NCBI GenBank assembly: GCA_043811735.1 | Contig: JBDRMW010000129.1 | Coordinates: forward strand, 1-58,819 | Reading direction: 5' to 3' | Length of the DNA: 58,819 bases | Source of the DNA: a bacterium | GTDB taxonomy: Bacteria > Elusimicrobiota > JBDRMW01 | In this document: one piece after another, positions 16,738 through 26,156 of the stretch | Layout: each line of letters starts with the position of its first letter | How positions within the stretch are numbered: position 1 is the stretch's first letter | The notes under the pieces: model-generated | Seen by the model: only the letters and a program-made list of their open reading frames with translations | Told to the model about the DNA's origin: nothing | Databases searched by the model: none | Made by a program: the position numbers and the translations under genes

Positions 16738-18462
16738 CTATCCAATGCTGATATATCCCGAAGGATATTCAACATTAAACTCCTTAGCCTGCGAAAGCGA
16801 CGCGATAATCGTAAGCGGCCCTAATCTGCCCATAAACATAATCAGTATAATGACTAATTTACTCAACATAGTCAATGATGAGGTAATGCCTGTTGAAAGC
16901 CCCACGGTACAAAAAGCTGATACCACTTCAAACAGTATCTGTATAAAATCAGTGTTTTCAACCAATGATAATATAAATGTTCCGGTAAAAATAACCGACA
17001 GTGCGAATAAAACCACTAAAAATGCACGGTTGACCAGATCCCGTGATATTGATTGCTTAAAAAGAATGACGTCCTTAGAATTTCTGATAACTGACTTTAC
17101 ATACCCGTACAGCACCGCACAGGTGTTTATTTTAATGCCGCCGCCCGTTGAACCGGATGCGGCGCCGATAAACATAAATAGTATCATCAGCATATATGTT
17201 GATACCTGTAATCCTGCAAAAGAAATCGTATTAAATCCTGCCGTGCGCAGGGTAACTGATTGAAAAAAAGCAGCGATATACTGGGTCGGAAGATTATAGT
17301 GGACCAGATTCTGCCTGTGCTCAAGCGCATAAATTATCAGCATACCTGCAACGATTAATACCGCGCTCATTAAGACCACTACTCTGGTGTTAAGATTTAA
17401 TTTGCGGATAATAGTTTTTCTTCCTTTAATCCTTGTCCGGAACATATCCTTGCTGTAATCAATCAGATTAAATATGACTGAAAATCCCAGCCCCCCCAGA
17501 ATAATCAGCATCGCACAGGTCATATTAAGAGATAAACTTGATTTATAGGCTTCAAGGCTGTCGGTAAAAAGTGCAAATCCCGCATTGCAAAAAGCTGAAA
17601 TCGCATGAAAACAGGCAGCAAATATGCCCTGCAGGCTGTACGATTTAAATATAAGGAAAAAACATGCCGCACCGATAGCTTCGATACTTAAAGTAATAAA
17701 TATAATCTTACCAACCGGCCTGAATATGTTCTTTACGTCTTTTTCATTAAGCATATATGAGAGAGTCAATTTTTCTTCAACCGATATCTGTCTCCGGAAT
17801 AAAAAAGCCGTAAAATAAGCAAACAGCATAATTCCCAATCCGCCGCATTGTATTAACACAAGAATTACCGCCTGTCCGGCGGTTGAAAACCGCGTTGCCG
17901 TATCAACCACGATTAATCCCGTAACACATACCGCAGATGTTGCGGTAAAGAGCGCATTAATAAATCCCAACCGTATATGATCTGCGGTTGAAAACGGCAT
18001 CATAAGAAGAAGAGTGCCGATAAGGATTAAAATAAAAAAACTGGCCATAATCGTCTGTGCCGGATTTTTTGAAAACTTGTTTAAAAAATAACTGAGTTTA
18101 TTTAACCTGCCGAATATTTTCAAAACAATAAAAAGGTTGACTAAAAATATTATCTGCGTTGAGAGCCCCTGCAGTTTATCCAGTGATACCAGCAATGAGA
18201 TATATTTGCTGTAGAAAAAAAGCCCTGCAAAAGAAGATAAAAACAAGATTTCAAATATATGTTTTTTTACAAAAATAAGTTTATATTTTGATTGTATAAA
18301 CCGAAATATTACATCGAAAATAAATAAAAAAAGAACCGCAAAATCCAGTATGTTGATAAGCACTGTTATCGCCATATTCTGGTAAGCGCTGTATTCCAAA
18401 AAAAGCGCGGTTATTGCCAGCGTTAGAATCCCAAAAATTATGCCGTTATTCCTGTCATTCAT
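16738..18462 (-). CDS. trkH: TrkH/KtrB-family potassium transporter with about 125-aa extra N-terminal four-helix module
   Basis: Repeated M1-P-M2 pores with selectivity-filter glycines (TATSAVCVTGL, AFCNAGF, LRTAGFNT, AFCTVGLSTG). At 574 aa it is longer than typical TrkH/KtrB. Confidence 0.85.
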   Translation of the reverse strand: MNDRNNGIIFGILTLAITALFLEYSAYQNMAITVLINILDFAVLFLFIFDVIFRFIQSKYKLIFVKKHIFEILFLSSFAGLFFYSKYISLLVSLDKLQGLSTQIIFLVNLFIVLKIFGRLNKLSYFLNKFSKNPAQTIMASFFILILIGTLLLMMPFSTADHIRLGFINALFTATSAVCVTGLIVVDTATRFSTAGQAVILVLIQCGGLGIMLFAYFTAFLFRRQISVEEKLTLSYMLNEKDVKNIFRPVGKIIFITLSIEAIGAACFFLIFKSYSLQGIFAACFHAISAFCNAGFALFTDSLEAYKSSLSLNMTCAMLIILGGLGFSVIFNLIDYSKDMFRTRIKGRKTIIRKLNLNTRVVVLMSAVLIVAGMLIIYALEHRQNLVHYNLPTQYIAAFFQSVTLRTAGFNTISFAGLQVSTYMLMILFMFIGAASGSTGGGIKINTCAVLYGYVKSVIRNSKDVILFKQSISRDLVNRAFLVVLFALSVIFTGTFILSLVENTDFIQILFEVVSAFCTVGLSTGITSSLTMLSKLVIILIMFMGRLGPLTIIASLSQAKEFNVEYPSGYISIG

Positions 18463-18523
18463 AATATGCTATTCTTCCCTTACAACCATTTTATACTGCT
18501 CAAATTAACCCGGTTGATTGTTG

Positions 18524-18553
18524 ATTGTACTACTTCTTTTTTTTCATCGTCAA
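18524..18553 (-). promoter_or_regulatory. Candidate sigma70 promoter of trkH operon
   Basis: Minus strand TTGACG (18553-18548), 18-nt spacer, TACAAT (18529-18524), about 60 nt upstream of the trkH ATG. Confidence 0.4.
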
Positions 18554-18584
18554 GCTTTTCTTTATGAGGAGTTTGCCCGTTTTT

Positions 18585-18818
18585 TTATGTACACATGCAC
18601 ATAATGTCAGGGTATAATTTGGGAACGAATAAAAAATTTAGGCTTTTTTCCAGAATAGGCTGTAAAATATCAATCGAAGTTTCCATATTTATTATGAATA
18701 TTTCATCAAATAGCAAATCAACTTGTTCGATGGTAATTTCATTGCTATTTTCTGCAAAAGTATTTGAAATAACCAGCGGTAAAAAACTAACATAGTGTAA
18801 ATAATATTTCTCATTTTT
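18585..18818 (-). other. 77 sense codons open in the same frame directly after the TGA stop of the MscS-like gene (ends TAA 18585-18587)
   Basis: Codon-by-codon reading gives ...VLKKR*KNEKYYLHYVSFLPLVISNTFAENSNEITIEQVDLLFDEIFIINMETSIDILQPILEKSLNFLFVPKLYPDIMCMCT*. There is no ATG/GTG/TTG near its 5' end. Confidence 0.4.
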
Positions 18819-19652
18819 TCACCTTTTCTTTAAAACAATTTCATTTGATAATTCTGAGTTAGGAATAAACATTTCACCTTTATCTGTTTTAATTCTTGTC
18901 ATAATAAATTCAATTGACTGCACAACTCCTTCAACTGAACCAAACTGTATATTATCTCCTTTTCGATATATTCTGCTTAAGACTCTGCCTGCTAACATAT
19001 TGCGTATAATTTCACGTCCTCCTATAAAAAAGAGCATACAAAGTATAAATGGAATAACACCAAAAATAATAATAAACGCTTCAATCACGATGGTTTTTGC
19101 TACGCCTAAATGTTCCAGGCTCATCATGACCGATATGCCAATAACAATATACTTTGAAGATTGAGCTAAGGCAACTGAAAATGGAACATTAGCCATTTGT
19201 GTTGAAGTTTGAACAAAAACTGCAATAAACCGGCCAAGAAATATACCCACTGCAACAAGAATAATTGCACTAATAATGCGAGGAATATATAAAACTACCT
19301 GCTCTATAAGCTGCGATGCATCATCAAGATGTAATGTATTAAACACCATAATTAACGCACTAAATATAATAACCCAATAAAAAAAAGCACCGATTATTGA
19401 AGATGATTTACGCTTTATCCCTCCTTTTTTAAAAAATTTTACTAATCCCGTCTTTTCTGATAAAATATCAAAACCCAATGCCTTAAGAAGTTTAGCAATT
19501 ATTTTCTCGATAAGAACCGCGCAAATCCACCCAATAATAAAAACAATCATAGAAAGAATAATCTTAGGTGCAAACATAATAATCTGTTGATATGTTTGCT
19601 CCAATGTTAAAACAACCAATGAATTGAATATTTCAGTAAATTTCTGCATCAT
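18819..19652 (-). CDS. Mechanosensitive-channel-like protein (conserved TM-helix repeat type, MscS beta-domain at C-terminus)
   Basis: About 5 TM helices. C-terminal GDNIQFGSVEGVVQSIEFIMTRIKTDKGEMFIPNSELSNEIV resembles the MscS beta-domain. GGGGGG SD before the ATG. Confidence 0.65.
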   Translation of the reverse strand: MMQKFTEIFNSLVVLTLEQTYQQIIMFAPKIILSMIVFIIGWICAVLIEKIIAKLLKALGFDILSEKTGLVKFFKKGGIKRKSSSIIGAFFYWVIIFSALIMVFNTLHLDDASQLIEQVVLYIPRIISAIILVAVGIFLGRFIAVFVQTSTQMANVPFSVALAQSSKYIVIGISVMMSLEHLGVAKTIVIEAFIIIFGVIPFILCMLFFIGGREIIRNMLAGRVLSRIYRKGDNIQFGSVEGVVQSIEFIMTRIKTDKGEMFIPNSELSNEIVLKKR

Positions 19653-19659
19653 GCCCCCC

Positions 19660-19752
19660 TTAATCCCAGAACCGCGATTGGTATGTGAACCGAAACGAAA
19701 AAGATCAATATTTTTCGTCGAATTCCATAACCAATCTCGGTTCTGGGATTTA
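19660..19752. repeat. Nested inverted repeat (about 23-bp outer stem, 8-bp inner stem) filling the MFS / MscS-like intergenic region
   Basis: Outer arms TAATCCCAGAACCGCGATTGGTATG (19661-19685) and CATAACCAATCTCGGTTCTGGGATT (19726-19750), with 1 mismatch and 1 bulge. Inner arms ACGAAAAA / TTTTTCGT (19695-19718). Confidence 0.8.
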
Positions 19753-21279
19753 ATCAGTATTTCGTTTTAGTAATTTTTTAATTTTCTTTGTAAATTTATT
19801 GAATATCTGTCCTAATCTATTTATTATCTTTTCAACTTGACGTTCAGAACTGCTTGCCATTACCTCAGTTACGTTATCAATCTGTTTTAAGATATTTTCA
19901 CTCCTTTGAATTTCTACCATCATAAAATCAGCTGCTCCTGCAATGCCTGTTTGAGGATTAAGATCATTTTTAAGCTGCATTATAACTGCAACCGGTGTAG
20001 ATGCCCGAGGTTCCTTCACTTTTAAAATAAAAAAAATGGTTGCAAGTTGTATAAACGAGGAGATGATAAAAATTATCTGAAGATTAGAAATATTATAGGT
20101 GAAAAAAGTGAAACTTACACCTTCAAGCATTTTTGATATACCGCCGCCGATAATGGGAGCGCTCGCACCAATAAGCCCCGTAATTGCCGAAAATAACGCC
20201 AGATACACTGACCGGCCGTCCTGCGGCGAAAGTTTAATGAGAATATTAAACTGAGAAAGCGCTGCACCGGCCATAAATGCGCCGGATAATATATGTGCCA
20301 TAAGCACCGGTGCATAATATTTTCCCGGCAACGCAGCGATCCAGACAAATGGCACAATAATAAGTACCCAGCCAGATACAATAATAATGGGTTTATTCCC
20401 CAATGTATCTGAAATCGGACCCCATATTTTCATCATAAAAAGTGTTGCACATGTAGCAATAGCGCCAAAAACAGTTATGGTTGAAAAATTTATGTTTAAA
20501 TTTTCTATCATAAAAACACCATAAAATGGCGCAGCCAGCTGAATTCCAAACATCCAGGCTGATACAAATATGATAAGATTTAAAAAATTTTTATCTTTAA
20601 ACGGATTTAAGAATGTTTTTAATTCAAATCGAGAGTTTTTTACTTTATTCCCTGCTGATACTTCAGGTATATTATTAATAAACCATACTGCAATAAGTCC
20701 TGCAATAAGCCCGCCAATAAAAATAATAACAAATCCAAAGGGACTGCTTTCTGTAAAACGATTTCCCCAAAGGGTTAGAAATTTACCTCCGGCAAGAATG
20801 GCAAGCATACCGCAGGCTGATGCAATCATATTCCTTTTCCCAAAATAAGAACCCCTCATATTTTCCGGCACCAAATCACTCATCCAGGCAAGCCAGGCAA
20901 CTCCTGATAACGAACTGAATAAACTCGATATAGCTATGACAATCACTAAAACCCAAATTCTAAAATCTCCCACCGGTGCAAATATTTTAAAGGGAAGCAT
21001 GATTATTAAAATCCAGAGCATTCTTCCTATTACAACACTAAAAAAACATAATTCTTTTTTTCTGCCCGTTTTTTCAATAATATAGGAACCGAATAATTGA
21101 ATAAAGTTTGCAAATAACGGCAGTGCGGCAAGAACTCCTATTTGCTGAGGCTGTGCATGTAATACTTTTAAGGCAAAACCTGTTAAAAAGATCCCGCCTG
21201 CCAGAGATCCCATAATAGAAGAAAGCGCACCATCAATAATCGAAAATGTTAATGCTTTTTTTTGTATTAATTCATTCAT
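19750..21279 (-). CDS. MFS transporter with about 70-aa cytoplasmic C-terminal tail
   Basis: 12 predicted TM helices, an MFS-like GRKK loop after TM2, hydrophilic coiled C-terminus. Confidence 0.8.
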   Translation of the reverse strand: MNELIQKKALTFSIIDGALSSIMGSLAGGIFLTGFALKVLHAQPQQIGVLAALPLFANFIQLFGSYIIEKTGRKKELCFFSVVIGRMLWILIIMLPFKIFAPVGDFRIWVLVIVIAISSLFSSLSGVAWLAWMSDLVPENMRGSYFGKRNMIASACGMLAILAGGKFLTLWGNRFTESSPFGFVIIFIGGLIAGLIAVWFINNIPEVSAGNKVKNSRFELKTFLNPFKDKNFLNLIIFVSAWMFGIQLAAPFYGVFMIENLNINFSTITVFGAIATCATLFMMKIWGPISDTLGNKPIIIVSGWVLIIVPFVWIAALPGKYYAPVLMAHILSGAFMAGAALSQFNILIKLSPQDGRSVYLALFSAITGLIGASAPIIGGGISKMLEGVSFTFFTYNISNLQIIFIISSFIQLATIFFILKVKEPRASTPVAVIMQLKNDLNPQTGIAGAADFMMVEIQRSENILKQIDNVTEVMASSSERQVEKIINRLGQIFNKFTKKIKKLLKRNTD

Positions 21280-21445
21280 ACCAGTAAACCTGATTCCGGA
21301 AAAACAAGAAAAGATTCATGCTTTACCCTCTTTATTCTTATTTACAAGGCTTTTTAATGAATGTATGATATTGGGTATATTACTTAATAATTTTCTAGAA
21401 TTCAATGTAATTTTAGTTATACCAAAAAAAGGGTTTTCTTAAAAA

Positions 21446-23191
21446 ATGATGTGTATTAAGAATTCAATAAGTAAAACGATAATTTTATTATTTATTATAT
21501 TTTCAAGCACGTTGTTATTTGCAGCACACGTACAATTAACAGTCAAAATCGAAGGTATTAAAGGAAATATTCTTGAAAATGTAAATAAATATCTTAGTCT
21601 CGAAAAACAAAAAAAAGACAAATCACTTGCCGAATCAAACATAGAATATTTATATAACAAAGCCCCTCAGGAGATTAAAAACGCCCTCATTCCTTTCGGC
21701 TATTATAATCCGGTCATTCAGCATTCATTTCTAAAAAATGCACATAAAATAATAACTTCTTTTATTGTTAATCCCGGACCGCCGACTATAATAAATGAAT
21801 TAAACATAACTGTTAAGGGATATGGTGCGGATGATTCAGTTTTTAAAAATATTATATATCCGCTGCATAAAGGTGATATATTAAATCACTTTATGTATGA
21901 AAAAACAAAAAGTATTCTTCAAAATACAGCCCTTGAATACGGATATCTTGATGCATATTTTGTTACCAGCAGAGTATCTGTTGAAAAAAATCTTAATCAA
22001 AGCCAAGTTACTATAGAGTTTGATACCGGCCCCCAATATTTATTCGGCCATGTAACATTTAAACAGCATAATTTTAAAAATAAATTTCTTGATAAATTTG
22101 TTAATTTTAAACCCGGGGATCCGTATAACTCCAGCACCATGCTTGATTTTCAAAATGGGTTAAACAGCAGTGATTATTTTTCAGTTGTTGATATTCGTCC
22201 GCGCAAAGATTTAACCGAAGGACACAAAATTCCTTTAGACGTTGGATTGACCTCCCGGAAAAAATATAAATTTCTTTTAGGCCTCGGGTATGGCACTGAT
22301 ACCGGCCCGCGCGGCAGTATCGGCTGGGAGAACCGGCGTGTTAACAGCCGCGGACACCGGTTTAAAAGCATGTATCAGCAATCGTTAATACGGAAAAATC
22401 TTTCTTCCATATATGATATTCCCTTGAAAAATCCTTTGACTGATAAGCTCTCGTTGTACGCGGGCTGGAAAACTGAAGATGTTGAAACAAGCACATCTGA
22501 AACAATTTCAGCAGGGGTGCGGGCAAGTAAAATGTATTTTGGATTCCTACACAGCATCTTTATTGATTATCTTGATGAATTTTTTACCATTGCAGATACG
22601 AGAACTCGTACACGGCTATTTATCCCCGGAGCAAGTTTTAACCGGAGAAAAGCTGATAATTTCTTGTACCCGCATCGCGGGTATAAACTTAATCTTGAAT
22701 TAAAATCAACTGATAGATTTCTCGGTTCCGATATTAGTTTTTTTCAATCTACTCTCAATGGTAAATATTTCAATTCCCTGTTTAATGAACAAAGGTTTAT
22801 AATTCGCCTGGAAAGCGGCGTGACAAAAACATCTCAGTTTGACGAACTGCCGGCATCACTTAGATTCTTTGCCGGCGGAGATAACAGTATCCGCGGGTAT
22901 GGATATAAAACGCTTGGTCCGAAAGATTCAAGCGGGGATGTTATAGGCGGCAGGTATCTTATGGCCGGCAGTGTTGAATACGAAATTAAACTGATACAAA
23001 CAATGAGCGCAGCATGTTTTTATGATATCGGCAATGCATTTGAAGAAATAACAAATGAGTTTAAAAAAGGGGCAGGCATCGGCCTTCGCTGGCGTTCACC
23101 GGTAGGGCCGATCCGATTAGATTTTGCTTATCCCATCAATGATAAAGACAAGTCACTGCGCATACATATAAGCATGGAACCTGATTTATGA
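21446..23191 (+). CDS. tamA: Translocation and assembly module outer-membrane protein TamA (Omp85/BamA family)
   Basis: Signal peptide, POTRA-like N-terminal repeats, C-terminal Omp85 barrel (FFAGGDNSIRGYGY...GIGLRWRSPVGPIRLDFAYP). The stop overlaps the tamB start (ATGA). Confidence 0.8.
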   Translation: MMCIKNSISKTIILLFIIFSSTLLFAAHVQLTVKIEGIKGNILENVNKYLSLEKQKKDKSLAESNIEYLYNKAPQEIKNALIPFGYYNPVIQHSFLKNAHKIITSFIVNPGPPTIINELNITVKGYGADDSVFKNIIYPLHKGDILNHFMYEKTKSILQNTALEYGYLDAYFVTSRVSVEKNLNQSQVTIEFDTGPQYLFGHVTFKQHNFKNKFLDKFVNFKPGDPYNSSTMLDFQNGLNSSDYFSVVDIRPRKDLTEGHKIPLDVGLTSRKKYKFLLGLGYGTDTGPRGSIGWENRRVNSRGHRFKSMYQQSLIRKNLSSIYDIPLKNPLTDKLSLYAGWKTEDVETSTSETISAGVRASKMYFGFLHSIFIDYLDEFFTIADTRTRTRLFIPGASFNRRKADNFLYPHRGYKLNLELKSTDRFLGSDISFFQSTLNGKYFNSLFNEQRFIIRLESGVTKTSQFDELPASLRFFAGGDNSIRGYGYKTLGPKDSSGDVIGGRYLMAGSVEYEIKLIQTMSAACFYDIGNAFEEITNEFKKGAGIGLRWRSPVGPIRLDFAYPINDKDKSLRIHISMEPDL

Positions 23192-26121
23192 AAATAAAAA
23201 TATTTGTTATTTCTACGTTAAGCATAATTACCATCTTCCTGGGAATGATACTATTCCTTATTATTACTGAGTCCGGGACATCGTGGTTTATCATGCGCAT
23301 ACTGCCTGTTATTTCAAATGAATTATCAATAAACCGAACCTCTGGAAGTTTACTTACCGGAGTAACTCTGGAAGACGTACAATTCTCCTCAAAAGATATT
23401 TCTGTGTCAACCAAGAAACTATCTTTCAGATGGGATGTTGCAAAACTGCTAAAAAAAGAAGTTTACATTGCAAACCTATCAATCAATCACATGCATGTTA
23501 AGATAGTAGACCGGGAAAAACCTGCTGAAACAAAAAGAATTAAGGAATTATTATTTCCGGAAATAACCATGCCGATAAAACTCAATGTACCACACGTAGA
23601 ATTACACAATATAAAAATTGCACTGGCTAATTCCACCATTCTAGCAAGCACGGGAACCATAGCATTAACTGTTGTAAAAAAAGAATTTGATATGCTGTGT
23701 AATATCCCGTTAATTTCAATACACCATATTAAAGACAACACCATTCTTATAAACAACAGCAATATGCATATTTCAGGCAGCACAGATATCTATAATATTA
23801 CCGCGCGTGCTTTAATTGATGCGCCCGGGTACCCGCACAGCAGATTAACCATATCTGCTCAAGGATCAAGAAAAGAAATACATATTAATCATTTTTCTGC
23901 TGAACTGCTTAATGGCACGATTATATCCACCGGCACATGTGCCTGGTATCCTTCTATCACCTGGCATATGAATATTGAAGGGGAAAATCTTAATCCGGAC
24001 ATATGTTGGGCTGATTGGCCGGGCAGTATAGCCTTTAATGCACATATGAACGGTACCGCAGGGGATGAAGCGCATATTGATGTTAAAAAACTAAGATTTT
24101 CAGGGATGCTTCGCGGATATCCCATGAATGCACAATCTGATTTTTCAATTCACCGGACAGCCTATCTTAAAACTGATACTATTATCAAAATCGGTTCTTC
24201 AACTATTACATTAACCGGTGAAATAGGAAATTTCAATAATTTTTCCTGGTATATAAATATCCCTGAGCTTACAGAACTTCTCCCGCAATCATATGGAGTA
24301 ATTATGAGCTCCGGTATCATTACAGGTTCTCGAAAAAAACCGATTATACATGCTCATCTTATGAGCACTGAGGCCGGCTATGCCGATTATAAAATAAAAA
24401 AAATAACGGTTAACAGCATGATTGATTTTACAAATAATTTATCTTCAATAATCACCATTGATTCTGAACTGCTGAATATTAACAAATTTGAGATTAACAG
24501 TATCAGCTTACAAGCTTCGGGGAAACCTGACAACCACGTTATTTCATTATATATACATAACCTGCAGGATTCTTATTCTATGAGTTTGAACGGACATCTT
24601 GATACTGATAAGGCATGGGACGGAACTATTATATCGGCTGTTATTGAGTCAACCGAGTTTGGCGCATGGACGCTTGATGATAGGGCGGATATACACATAG
24701 CAAAAACGTCATTCTCATTGAAAAACATTATTTTTAATCAAAATGAATCAAACTTACACGCTCTGTGTAACTGGGATAACCATACAGGATGGAACACGCA
24801 GGTCAGCTGGACAAAACTTCCATTGAATATGTTAAACCCAATTTTTCAGTCAAATCTCACTATTGAAGGAGTAATAACCGGTGATTTGAAAGTAACAGGA
24901 ATAAACACTATCGAAGCATTAGATGCCCGCATATCAACACCTTCAAGTGAAACTGTAGAGATCACCCCGTTTGGTTTACTCATTACAGAGATAGCTGTTA
25001 ATGTTCAAAGCAGCAGTTCAGAACATATCGCCATACATGGCAATGCCCGCTTAGGAAAAGGTTTAGCCACTATTAAAGGGAGAATATTGCGTAATGCCCA
25101 TAAAAAGTGGCTGACGCACCTAACCGTTTCCGGAGAGAAGCTCCAAATTCTGAACAATTCTGATTCAAGAGTTTACATTTCACCTGATATCTTCATCGAA
25201 ACAAATAACGATCATGTATCGATTAAAGGTACCGTGGATATTCCTGAAGCAAAGATAACGGTCAAAGAAATTCCCAAAGACGCCGTATCAGCATCACCGG
25301 AGATCATAGTCATTGATGAATCATATGCCCGGCAAAAAAGTCAATCATTAACCGGCACCCGTTACATTGCATTAAACATATCATTAGGTGATAACATTGA
25401 ATTCATTGGATACGGGCTTACGGCGCATCTTGCCGGTCGTCTGTCTTTAGAGGAAACCGCCGGAAAACCTCTGCAGGCACTGGGCGAACTGCGTATTGTC
25501 CAGGGAAGTTATAACGCATATGGGCAAAAATTAACTATTACGCATGGCAGGCTTATGTTTGCAGGGCTGTTGGACAATCCTGGAATAGATATTAAAGCAC
25601 AACGAACGATTGAGGATATTACCGTCGGTCTAATTGCATCAGGCAGGCTTAAATCTCCTGAAATCGCAATTTTTTCCGAACCCCCCATGTCAAACACGGA
25701 TGCATTCTCCTATTTATTGCTGGGAAGACCGATTAACCAGGCTTCAAATAAAGAAGGTTCATATCTCATGAGTGCAGCAGCGGTCCTGCAGATTAAAGGA
25801 GGTGAATTTTTATCAAGACAGATCGGCAACAGGTTTGGATTGGAAGAAGTTCAGATTCAAACCGGCGGAACAAAACAGGATACTCAGGTAATGATTGGCA
25901 AATCACTCACCCCGAAACTTTACATTAATTATGGCATAACACCGTTTGATTTTGCGAATATATTCCGCGCACGATATCAAATCAACAACAAACTGTCTCT
26001 GCAGGCTGAAAGCGGGTATTCAAGCGGCATAGATCTGCAGTACTCGCTTGAATATGAAACATCGAAAGCAGGTCCGCAGCATGATCTTAACATTTTAGAA
26101 AAGATCCCCTTTAAGAAATAA
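23188..26121 (+). CDS. tamB: Translocation and assembly module protein TamB (DUF490)
   Basis: N-terminal TM anchor, long beta-rich body, C-terminal DUF490-like region (FSYLLLGRPINQAS...LYINYG...RYQINNKLSLQAESG). Confidence 0.8.
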   Translation: MKIKIFVISTLSIITIFLGMILFLIITESGTSWFIMRILPVISNELSINRTSGSLLTGVTLEDVQFSSKDISVSTKKLSFRWDVAKLLKKEVYIANLSINHMHVKIVDREKPAETKRIKELLFPEITMPIKLNVPHVELHNIKIALANSTILASTGTIALTVVKKEFDMLCNIPLISIHHIKDNTILINNSNMHISGSTDIYNITARALIDAPGYPHSRLTISAQGSRKEIHINHFSAELLNGTIISTGTCAWYPSITWHMNIEGENLNPDICWADWPGSIAFNAHMNGTAGDEAHIDVKKLRFSGMLRGYPMNAQSDFSIHRTAYLKTDTIIKIGSSTITLTGEIGNFNNFSWYINIPELTELLPQSYGVIMSSGIITGSRKKPIIHAHLMSTEAGYADYKIKKITVNSMIDFTNNLSSIITIDSELLNINKFEINSISLQASGKPDNHVISLYIHNLQDSYSMSLNGHLDTDKAWDGTIISAVIESTEFGAWTLDDRADIHIAKTSFSLKNIIFNQNESNLHALCNWDNHTGWNTQVSWTKLPLNMLNPIFQSNLTIEGVITGDLKVTGINTIEALDARISTPSSETVEITPFGLLITEIAVNVQSSSSEHIAIHGNARLGKGLATIKGRILRNAHKKWLTHLTVSGEKLQILNNSDSRVYISPDIFIETNNDHVSIKGTVDIPEAKITVKEIPKDAVSASPEIIVIDESYARQKSQSLTGTRYIALNISLGDNIEFIGYGLTAHLAGRLSLEETAGKPLQALGELRIVQGSYNAYGQKLTITHGRLMFAGLLDNPGIDIKAQRTIEDITVGLIASGRLKSPEIAIFSEPPMSNTDAFSYLLLGRPINQASNKEGSYLMSAAAVLQIKGGEFLSRQIGNRFGLEEVQIQTGGTKQDTQVMIGKSLTPKLYINYGITPFDFANIFRARYQINNKLSLQAESGYSSGIDLQYSLEYETSKAGPQHDLNILEKIPFKK

Positions 26122-26156
26122 TATTCCCATACTCTTGTTTTAAGGTTATTATTCAT

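Noticed and set aside
16409-17263. A 284-aa plus-strand ORF, plus many other 60-150-aa ORFs in the track that lie antisense to long genes.
   Set aside because: They are fully embedded opposite strongly recognisable genes (trkA/trkH and others). They have low-complexity Ser/Ile/Thr-rich composition, no SD and no recognisable motifs. These are typical shadow ORFs.
18463-18584. c-di-AMP (ydaO/kimA-type) riboswitch upstream of trkH.
   Set aside because: The space between the predicted promoter and the ATG is about 60 nt, and no conserved pseudo-symmetric motifs are visible.
18595-18795. A 66-aa plus-strand ORF in the trkH / MscS-like spacer.
   Set aside because: It has low-complexity composition, no SD, and points into the end of a convergent gene. 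The opposite-strand frame, continuous with the MscS-like gene, looks more protein-like and is reported as a finding.
21394-21403. Adjacent XbaI and EcoRI sites (TCTAGAATTC) in the MFS/tamA divergent promoter region, which could suggest cloning-vector sequence.
   Set aside because: It is an isolated 10-mer with no flanking vector-like sequence. In AT-rich DNA this is a plausible coincidence.
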